DNA from: Tubulanus polymorphus
Lineage: Eukaryota; Animalia; Nemertea
DNA length: 64,000 nt
Direction of reading: 5' to 3'
NCBI RefSeq assembly: GCF_964204645.1
Contig: NC_134030.1
Location: forward strand, 4,444,778-4,508,777
Shown: positions 23,801-34,100 of the stretch, in pieces
Position numbering within the stretch: position 1 is the stretch's first letter
Layout: each line of letters begins with the position of its first letter
Program-made: the position numbers and the translations under genes
The notes under the pieces: model-generated
Database searches by the model: none
The model's input: the letters and a program-made list of their open reading frames with translations, nothing else
Told to the model about the DNA's origin: nothing

Positions 23801-25230
23801 GGACAGCGCGCAAGCAGTTTAACGAATTATACGAAGCCCATAAAACTCACAAGATGGGGAGTTTATGTTCTTTTTTACCAGTAAGCCTCGTCTGGTTATG
23901 GTGAAGACGAAGTGATAAGGTACAACGTAATTCTGTGATCCGCAACAACGGATGAGATGTGCATATTTTATTAATTGACTCGCTAATGGCTTACTGAGTA
24001 GCCTCGGAGGAAAACCAAATACGTTGACGGGAAGCCCATAATTATCTCTCTGTCTACTTAGCTGCACAAAATCAGGTGTTTCTCTTTTGTACTATGCGCT
24101 ATACGACGCCGTATACTGAGCGGAATCGAGTATTTGTCCCTAGAAAGGAATCAGTAACTATACCCCACCGATCAATTATTATCCTATTTTTTTCCAATGG
24201 TTGATTCGAATTCCAGCAATTTGTGACAAATTGCGGGTAACGATTACACATTCAATCAAAAAAGGCAATCAAAATAAAGCAATGTTGATTACAGCAGATA
24301 TATCGCAACGTTCTAAGTATTCAGCCCATTGTGTCCCAGGCTGGGGTGGAGTTCGGTGGCAGTGACCTACCCCCTAAAATGCCCTTCAAAAAGTCAAGTA
24401 CCTGAGATCTGCCCTTAGGAAAGTGCCCCTAGTCACTGTAAAAAAGTGAGTGCAACCTTTTTCTTGAAATAGTACTGCCACTGAAATATAACTGCAAAAT
24501 TCAGGCAAAGAATAATCGGTTTATTCGAGCTGAAATCATAAACTGATGTTACACAGTCGACACATGTAATGTTATTCGGATGATTTGAGTTTTCCAAACT
24601 AATGGAAATATCTAATCGAAGTTAACCAGACTTTTCTTCCGTTTCACATAATCCGGTTCAGAGCGAAATTAAAGGACGAAGAAAAATGATTAAAGATGAT
24701 CTACTGTAATATTTATTACACTAAGGCCAGCAGTGTGGGGAATACGTGGATGGGTCCGTCATTAACATGGTTGGAGCTGAATGGGATCCCGGCACAAATT
24801 TGAACATTTGATGCTCACGAGCGATTCCCATTCATCGACGGTTTTAATAAACAAATGAATTTGATGTGTAAATAGTTGTTGATAGATAAAGTTCATTACG
24901 AGACGAGGTATATAAAGCACATTTTTATAACGCACACTGTGCACATGCCACTGTTTCTTGAAATGCATCGTGTATTTTACATGTTGTACGAATACACAAT
25001 TATGTTGTTATGACGCTAACACTGGAAATCATATATTAAGCAATATTTGGCTGTATAAATGAAAATAAACGCTTACAAAATGATATGTTTATACAAATTC
25101 TGTATATGTATAAGTGTGTACGGTACAAACTAAGATAAGTCAGTCTTGCAAACATTATCAAGTACAACTGTTACCAAATTTGTGATGATTATCTACGCAT
25201 GGTTACCCATACAATATGTGAAAGTTTCGC

Positions 25231-25436
25231 TATAAAAGAAGCCCCACACAAGCAGATATTACATTCACTTCTAATCCGACGCATCAGTTAGGTAAGTTAT
25301 GTCAATTTTATATATCTTAGATTTATTAAAGAAAATTTTTGACAATCGCTGTGGTGATCGAGGAAATCTATCGAGTAGAGAATGTCCAATGTTGGATTTA
25401 AGCTTTTTTGTATTCTTGTTTTACTTCTCCATATAG
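25231..25436 (+). promoter_or_regulatory. TATA box, non-coding exon 1 and 5'UTR intron of AKE-repeat gene copy B
   Basis: TATAAAA at 25231-25237; donor GTAAGT at 25292; acceptor TAG ending 25436; same layout as copy A. Confidence 0.75.
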
Positions 25437-25472
25437 ATACGATTAATTCTCTAGCAGTGCTGCAAATCTAAA

Positions 25473-25991
25473 ATGAATTGCTTCAAAATCTTGACCGTTA
25501 TTTGTGTCGTTTTGTTGATCGTCAATGAAAAAAATGCCGATGCCCAGGTAGATAAGAAAGCGGCAAAGTTAGCTGCAAAAGAAGCAAAAGAAATCGAAAA
25601 GTTAGAAAAGTTAGCCGCGAAAGAAGCCGCTAAGGCAGCTAAAGCAGCCGAAAAGGCCGAGAAGTTAGCCGCAAAAGAAGCCGAAAAGGCCGAGAAGTTA
25701 GCCGCAAAAGAAGCCGAAAAGGCCGAGAAGTTAGCCGCAAAAGAAGCCGAAAAGGCGGCGAAGATAGCAGCAAAAGAAGCTGCCAAGGCAGCTAAAGAAG
25801 CTGAAAAGCTGAAAAAGTTAGCTGAAAAGGAAGCCGCACGGCAGGCGAAAGAAGAGGTTAAAAACATAAAAATAGCTTTTAAAGATACTGGAAAGAACAT
25901 ACAAAGTAAGGTCAATGACGCAATTATGGAATTGCAAGATAATATACTTAATATAAATCAAGGAATTGAAGATGGGAGCGGATCTGATTAG
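25473..25991 (+). CDS. Secreted Ala/Lys/Glu-rich helical-repeat protein, copy B (172 aa), function unknown
   Basis: As copy A plus one extra 11-aa unit (LAAKEAEKAEK) and an N-to-K change (KLNK to KLKK). Confidence 0.88.
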   Translation: MNCFKILTVICVVLLIVNEKNADAQVDKKAAKLAAKEAKEIEKLEKLAAKEAAKAAKAAEKAEKLAAKEAEKAEKLAAKEAEKAEKLAAKEAEKAAKIAAKEAAKAAKEAEKLKKLAEKEAARQAKEEVKNIKIAFKDTGKNIQSKVNDAIMELQDNILNINQGIEDGSGSD

Positions 25992-27436
25992 CGATTCAAT
26001 GTGTCCAAGATGAGATAAAGTATAAAGTTATAAAAATCACAAAATTCTTATCGTTCATATAGTTTGTGAGGTGGCTCCTGTTTGTTAAAACGATACCCTG
26101 TTTTGGACAGCGGGATGTGGGAAACTGAATCGAAAATACGTTTTGAATATCCAGTGTATGGCGGTTTTGCAATTCTTTGCAATAGGGGAAACATTGGATT
26201 TATCCTAATAAATAATTAAAACAGGTACAAAATAGATGCATAGTTAGGACATGTTCATAGAATTAAAAAATCGGCAAGTCGAAACGCAAGCAGCTGTTTA
26301 AATCTCCCAGTGTGAAGTGTGTTGCAGCTGCGCCAGTCACTTATTTGTACTGCCTGTCATTCTCAACTCGTTCCCTGGAGTTTATTCAATCGATGATAGT
26401 GAGAAGGAAATTCGTTTGTCCCAACTGAACACGGAGAAAGCGGGTCGAATATACGATCTATTTTACATTTTAGCCAGCATAAATTGTTCATCATAAATTT
26501 GACAGGTTGGTACGAATGTGTCTCTTCTATTCCAAATACATGTACGTAAATGTCAGACGATGGTTAGGGCGATCATGAGATCTAGGGGGGGGGGGGGGGT
26601 TATAAAGAAATATAATTATAGGCGTAGGCCAATATATTGTATAAGATATAAACTTACTTTTTGAGGCCAAAAAGATACCACAAGCTGCCGATGAAAGTTC
26701 CAACGCGTACTCCCATCCCAGATGACTGTCAAATTGCAGTGCAAACGTGGACACAAACTGTTGTTAGATGGTACAGTGAGAAAGGAGAGCACATGTTCAA
26801 CAGAAAAGGAATCAATAACTGTCTTAACATCTCTAAAAAAAGAATAAAATACGCTATACATTTAGTTGGGTGGGAAGATAACCTTTTTATATAAAAACTA
26901 CGTGTTTGAAACTCGGATTGAAACTTTGGAGTAGCCCATCGATCTCGATTGTTCACAACGATATTTTTATGTAAATGGAACCGCGTGGAAAAATCGTTAA
27001 AATCGAAAGCTATTGATCGTTCAACGTGCACCTGTCACGTTGAAGGCCGCGTATTGAATTTCTTTTGTATATATTTTTGCACGAACTTGAACTTGAATTT
27101 GATTTCTCCTTATAAAACAAGCTTTCATCGGACGAATACATGCAATGACATTACAGGGAAACAGTACAAACAGAAAATGATTACAACATTAGAAAAAGAA
27201 AAGAATAGAAAAACGATTACATAGGAAATGTAGTACCATGGGAACAAGGTGGCGATACAAGCCAGAGAAAAATCCGTATAAACGATGATTAAGGCGTGAA
27301 GGAAATCAAATACAAAACCGGAGATTTCAGTCTATTGCAATACATTAAGAATATAAATATATAAGTGTTTCGTAAAGAAATTATCAACGACATATTTATT
27401 CAAATTGCCATTATTTACAGACACGATCCCATCGGT

Positions 27437-27680
27437 ATGAAAATAATAAATTACTTAAAGAACATGGCCGTTGTAATCGTCGTTTTATTGATCGTCGATG
27501 GAATAAGTGCAAATGCACAATCGAAAAAGGAAGCCGCAGAAGCGGCTAAAATGGCAATGACAGCCAAAGACAAGCATAAACAACTTCATGATGCAAATTA
27601 AACCGCAAAGGCAGTTAATGATGTCGCAGGGCTAAAAAAATCGACAGGACACGGCGAAGGTGGCAAAGGAAGCCGCTCTG
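27437..27680 (+). pseudogene. Divergent, frameshifted paralogue of the secreted AKE-repeat gene (psi-2)
   Basis: Acceptor TTACAG|ACACGAT (27420) parallels TATAG|ATACGAT of A/B. MKIINYLKNMAVVIVVLLIVDGISANA|QSKKEAAEAAK aligns with the A/B signal peptide (VVLLIV, xA|Q). Stop at 27599-27601; repeat-like text continues in other frames (KTAKAVNDVAG, TAKVAKEAA). Confidence 0.7.
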
Positions 27681-29314
27681 TCCAGTAAGTTTTCGAAATA
27701 GGGCAAGTATATTTTTTCGTATGCCATGGAATCGCGAATAGCTTAGTCAGTTATACTCCCATTTTCTTTTTTAGGTATTCGAAATTAGACCGATCAATAT
27801 CAGTAATTAAGCAATATTGTTTCGATGCGTTTAAAGATAAAATAGAATATATCGAGTAATGTATTCATAATATATCACAACTTTCTTCGTCATTTATATA
27901 CTCGTGAGGTGGGCATCGTTGGTGTAAAAACCGGTCTATCGGTTCAGTGCACCGATACATGGAATGAACACAAGTTTGGAACGACGGTTTCGAGTAACGA
28001 AAATTTAAAAAGAAATTTATTCTACTTTGATAAAAGATCGAAATGGTTAATGGTCATTGTGATTGACATCACACGCACGCACGCACGAACTGCTTATTGA
28101 AAACAGGTGAGAGAGACTGCAAAAGATAAATCATCCCGGAGAAAAATAGCGATTCATCGGAGTGGATAGTCAGTTCCGCTCGATGAATCCGGATCATGCA
28201 TAACGCAACGAATGTTGGCGAGGATCTTACTGATTTGATGTTAATGTTTCGGCTAATTAGCGCTAAGTTTGATACGTTTATCAAAGCGCTTACACCGGAG
28301 GCAACCGTCCATCCATTAGTTAATATACAATCTTATATTTACTCTCGGTCATCCATCTTCACTTCAAGGGTTTCAGCTAGTGTTCATTTTCTCTTTCTCC
28401 ATGCGTATGTCCATTATTCTTCTCCACAGAGCGAGAATAGTATCCAGATATAATCGAGTGCTCTAATAAATTACAAGTTACCAGCTTATCACGATGAGTC
28501 CATTCGAACGAGCTTCAAGAGAATGAAAATAGCTTTTTTGTGTAAAAAAAAAGAAGAAAACGACGCACTATTTTCTTTTGCTATTTCCGTACGAGAATGG
28601 ATAGATACCCGCTTTACGGGGGACAACATATTTACAACTTCATCCGGCAACTGAAGATTTGATTGGCGTTTTATATCGAATAATTCTGAGGATAACGGGT
28701 TTTTAACGGTCAGGACATCCATTACTTTGCTCTGATGTCGGTTTATATCTTAAATGTTCTCTCGCAAACGCCCGTCTCGGTTTATCGTTTCTATCCTCAA
28801 ACGCAGCCAACTGATTCATTGGAACGAAAGAATGCCCGTTTATACGCATATTTACGGTCAATAATACAGCCAATAAACCCAAGCCATAAACGATACTCTT
28901 CTCTATATTGCTCCGGTAAGGCATCGATGATTGACGAGCCGGCTTACGATCATAGATTTCGTCGGACGATTTATCCACGATAACCTTGAAATACGTTTCA
29001 ACAACATTGAAGAACTGTGCGCAGACGAAGAACACGATGCGGAAACAGGTGGCGCTACTCGTTGTGAATGTGTCCTTTAATAACCTTGATATTCTGAAAA
29101 ACCCAACGGTCCAATTAGCTAAATTCATTAAGACCGGCTTAGATGTATATATATGTATCCAATAGTATATATAGTATTGTAAATAGTTGATGTATATATA
29201 TTTTGTTACGTTTTCATTCTCAAAATTTTAATCACTTCAGTGTTGTTTTGTAAATATTTGTATATACATGTGTAATAGTTTTCCTCCATAAACCATGGAA
29301 TTGGTTGAAGTGTA

Positions 29315-29361
29315 AATAAAATCGTAATCGTAATCGTAATCGTAATCGTAATCGTAATCGT
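29315..29361 (+). repeat. AATAAA followed by (AATCGT)7, resembling a non-LTR retroelement 3' tail
   Basis: AATAAA at 29315-29320, then seven AATCGT units to 29361, preceded by a T-rich tract from ~29140. Confidence 0.7.
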
Positions 29362-30831
29362 GTCCACATTCGTATTCGTGTCCAACTTACAATGTTAATG
29401 GAGATGAATTATATTTTCTTTCTGATTGTACTCTACTCGCTGAACTTCGCGAAACAATTCCATATTTACACACATTTAGAAACATATTAAAAACTCCAAA
29501 TTTCCAACAAGAATATGAAATTTATTTCTTTTCAAATTTCAGAGTTTTTAACATTATCGGTTTTTTTTCTGTTGAAAAACCAATTAGCACCATTATCCCG
29601 TCACGGGAGTAGCCCTAGTCAAGATTTAGTGAACGAGAATCACCTGATATAAGACACACACGTCACTCTGTTCATTTTGTAACATAACTATGACGCAACG
29701 ATGCGTACAACGTATTAATGCTAACTTACTACTGCCGCCGATTCACCTGTTTGTTGCAATTTAAATGTTGTGATGATACGGCGAGAGAGTACGCAACAGT
29801 AAATAGACGATAACTAGCGCCTTACACCTGCAAAACGTCAGGAATGCGCATCGAGATTTACGTTCACCATCGTCGGTAAAATAAGCAAGATTCTACTACT
29901 TTTAGAGTCGGATTTTATCGCTCATGTTTAATCAATATACGCACGCGTATTCTCGAGATTCCTCGGCAAATCTTGTCGGATTGAATTTTTCACCGACACA
30001 TTCTTTTAATCGCCCATACTCAATAACACGTCCAAGAGTCAATGATCAGCATTATTCGAACATGAGGAAAATCACGTAGGAAGAAATTATAAATAGTTTC
30101 TACGATGAAACTATTTGTGAAATGTCATGTATTCTGAGGTACGGTCGTAGGTTTAGAGGCGTAGTGCTCGAATGCATAGAAGCGAGAACGTTAAACGTTG
30201 CGTTGATATTTTGGCGATTCTAAAGAGTCGATCTGTCAAATTTCCTATCCACAAAAAAAATTAACGGAGAGCGTCATAAAGTAGCCGTCATAGGGGCATA
30301 AATATATCCAAGAAATTTTTCAATTTAGCTTTTATTTTCTCCGTGATACCTATTGAACAGATTCGTGTGTATCGAGTTTCACCCAGTCCTGGAAGTGGTT
30401 GTTTCCACAGCGATCTACGCCGATCTATGATCCCAGTTTACCCACATCAGGCACTAAGGTTCTTGGTGAAATATCGAGTGTGTAGTAACGCTATGTATAC
30501 TTCCAGCTACATCTATCATTGCTCGTCGTCCTTCATTCGGATGGTTCAGCGTATATGATATACCCGGTTAATGCGGTTACTACGATATCCCATAGGTCCT
30601 TCGGGCCAATTCTCGAATCACAACCGCAGTATTAACGCGTGGTAATCACGAGCGATGCGCCGCAAAATTGCCCAATTCATAGATAATGATAGTAATACGC
30701 CGCCGCAGACCAAGTGTGCAGCAGATTTCTCATCGAAAAATGTTGCGATTCAATTATATCTGTTCCTATAGGGTGCATACGCACCGTCGCTACGAGGATA
30801 AACAGAAACCCCGAATATGCCATACCTCGCT

Positions 30832-31170
30832 CATCCTCCCCCGGCAGGGATTCGAACCTGATGGCATCAAGATTGCCACGGCACGAAACCCTGCCATAAT
30901 CGACCGTGTGCGCAGATACATGCGCAGTTCAGATCATGTGATTTTTAGCCAATCAGAAATCCCGTTTTATGTTAGCCCGGGTTTTCCCATTTATAGTTCT
31001 TCCTTGAAATTTGCCTCAACGATTATACAACGAGCAATCTGATTGGTGCCGCCAGTTTTCGTTCGGAAAGCTGCGCATGTACCTGCGCACCCGGTCTACT
31101 GATGCAGGGGTTCGTGCCGTGGCTGAGTGTAGCGATGCCATCAGGTTCGAGTCCCTGCAGAGGGAGGATG
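30832..31170. mobile_element. 339-bp TIR element with 9-bp TSD (Mutator-like MITE) carrying tRNA-like boxes
   Basis: TACCTCGCT at 30823-30831 and 31171-31179; ~95-bp arms CATCCTCCC...GCAGGGATTCGAACCTGATGGCATC... / ...GATGCCATCAGGTTCGAGTCCCTGC...GGGAGGATG. Confidence 0.85.
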
Positions 31171-34100
31171 TACCTCGCTAATATGGCGTCAATACCAGTT
31201 TTTCAAAGAACGAATAATTTTTTACGATTAGCTCTCTTTTACCAAATAAGCATGAAGTAAACAGAGTAAGCCTATATCGTATAAAGTGAGATATAAATCT
31301 CTTAATTCGACACACGCATTAAATCAATTAAGTTTACTTTGGATAGCGACGACGCATTAGTTTATTTGACGTTTACTATAAATCCGTTCAGTTATCGGTG
31401 AATCACACAATTCAGACGCAGCAAAATGGAAAATAAAATTGCCAGTCGGCGAACAGAGTTTGTATAGAGAAACCCATTTGATTTTCATTCACAAATTGCG
31501 ACTTCGTGTTTATTGTTGCATCGAACGTCGATCATCAGTTGCATTTCATCGATGGAAAATTTAAACGAAACAACACTCGGTACTGCATACGTGATGTAGT
31601 AATTCTACCATTCACACGATTGTGGTTCACATAATTTCATGCTTCGTATTTTAAACTACGTATACGAATGAATGAATCCACGTTTGTTCTGTATATCAAA
31701 ATTTCAAAATCTGGTTAATAAATTTACAAGGCTTCATATGAATTATTCTACAACATCGTGCAATAATCAAATATAGGATACCCTGATGACGTCATTTTAC
31801 TATCTATAACGAATTTGATCTTTGCAAAAAGGACTCAAACCAAATGAATCACTCATGAGCCGGCGTTTTTTCTTTCGGGGACAACATTCTCGTGGTCACC
31901 GGCAATTAGGTTTCCATTCTCCAATGATTGGATGCACAAATTTATCCCGTTGATGCTGAATAATTCATCGTGTTTTGTCTTGCCGGCCGATTCGTGTACT
32001 GACAGATATCTCGGGCGTTCGGGTTGTTCTTCTCTATATATGAATTAATGAACCATATACCTACACATTACTGTAAGCGACCATTACACTATTGCCACCG
32101 TCACTTCTGACCAGAGGGACAGATCAGATATGCTTTATTAATGAACGCGAGCTGCTGAGCTCTGTCGTTGCCCGCGGGCCTTCGCTTCAAATGTCCGAGA
32201 AAACACAGTTGGACAACTTTATCTCCAAGGATGAGTCTATATATCCCTCTACGACGGCTATTCTAGATACGACACGCTGCCAAATGACTACGATGTCTTT
32301 AGATATCAAATCGATGGTTTACGTAGTATCGGGCATTCTCCTCAAAATGCCAGAAACTATTACCTACAAGCAAAATATACTATTCACTAACGGACTGTCT
32401 TAAATCAAACACGACGCAACCTAATCACTACTGACCAGATGATTATGAAAATAAAAGAAGAGTCCTATCACATCGATATTGCTTTTTTCTTTGGATACAT
32501 TTTTTGTGTTACATGGTCTGATTTCTAGTTTCCACGTAATCCGGCAATATACATAACGACGTCGTTACATATACAGTAATATATAACTCTGTTAACGGAC
32601 TAGACAATAAAGTGATAAATCGCGTGTAATTTGTTTGAGTTTTTGATGTCGGGATTACTGAAACGACGATAACGGTCGTATAAAGTGCTAAATGTTTCAC
32701 GTAAAACCCGTTCCATAATCACTACTGTAAACCCAGTAATAATCGTTACGCGCAATAAATTACTTCGCTGGGTGGATCTTTTAATGTGCACTAGTAAATC
32801 AAATAGATAACTCCATCGTCCTTTTGGTTTATTTTAGTTTTGATAACGAAAAACCCGCGGACTGACGATCGAGATTACAATTTATTTGTGTACGGCAAAT
32901 ATCCAATTCCATTATTGCCCCATAGTTCTTAGAAATCATTTAGTCGATTTTGTTTGGAAGCTTGACCAGTCAATGCCTATATCTATAAATGCTGGACTTC
33001 ATCTTTATATCTTAAGAAATTTTGAGCAAGCTCTTTATTCACAAATGCACGAACATTCAAGATCTCATTCTTGACAGAGGATTTAAACCTTGTTGTAAAT
33101 AATTCGCCGTTCAAGTCGCCTTTCATTCTGCAACAGGAAAAACGTACGCACATGGATTCTGTATTCAGCAAACCTAGTAGCTCGAATTACTCATCCGGTT
33201 CCCTGTGATACATGCTCGTCATCATAGTTTCCATTTCTAAAACAGCAACTAACTGCAGCCTAAGATTCTATTTCATTTTGCGGAGCGGAACAAAAGCATC
33301 TTGTATAGGATCTTTGACCACGCGTTAATTTCTAAAATTCTAAGCCGATGCCAATAACCTAGCCAATATATACGGCAATATATGATACATTGACGGTAGT
33401 CTAGTCTGGATACATTGATAACCGAACCACTGATCTCTCTCGATCAGTGTTTCCCCTCTTCTAATATGTACTACACGTGTTAATCCGTTCCGCCCCTTTC
33501 GTATATCGCCAAGAAACCCCGGAGAAAGATACGTTTCTCTGGCAGATAGCTATCACTGTGAGGCCGAACGTTTCGTTCAACCGAAATCTTCGCTAACTAT
33601 ACCGGGTGGTGAATCTAGGGAAGTGCGTATGGTCGAGCTCTCTCATGCCGCTTGTGTTTAACTACATTATAAGGATTTGATTTCGTGTCTAGGGAATAAT
33701 TATCCAGCAGTTTAGTCACGTCTCGCTGACTAGCGGTCCATCATCAACAACAGCGTTCCCGAATGATACTCATTCTCTGCATTATTGCCATTTGCTCGTG
33801 GGTTTTTTACTAACTCTCCGCGCGAGATTGTAAATAAATTCAATTGGAAACTGGAGGAAGAGGTTTCTCCCCGTGTCTCGAGGCGCCAGTCTCTCCCGGT
33901 AATGCTTCAATAGCCAGCATAGAGGTGAGGCTTCTCGTCCACTTACGTACGCTCAATCTGTAATCGGATATCAAAGATTTCCAGAGAACAAAAAGCGAAC
34001 TTCAATAAGAAATAAGGTAAGAAAAAATGTAATGAATTTCACACTAAATACGAGTAGATTTCATAGAAGCATCGAAAAAGCATGATTACGAAATTTCCAT

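Larger units (their letters stand above)
18824..26964 (+). repeat. Tandem segmental duplication, copy B (~8.1 kb)
   Basis: Directly abuts copy A (junction ...CACAACGATAT-AC-GTACATAAC...); differs by scattered SNPs, small indels, loss of ~165 bp (A 11040-11205) and one extra 33-nt coding repeat. Confidence 0.97.

Noticed and set aside
30840-30870. tRNA gene suggested by GGTTCGA boxes (also at 2820 and 31144)
   Set aside because: No cloverleaf or anticodon arm could be built; the boxes are part of a TIR element or isolated.
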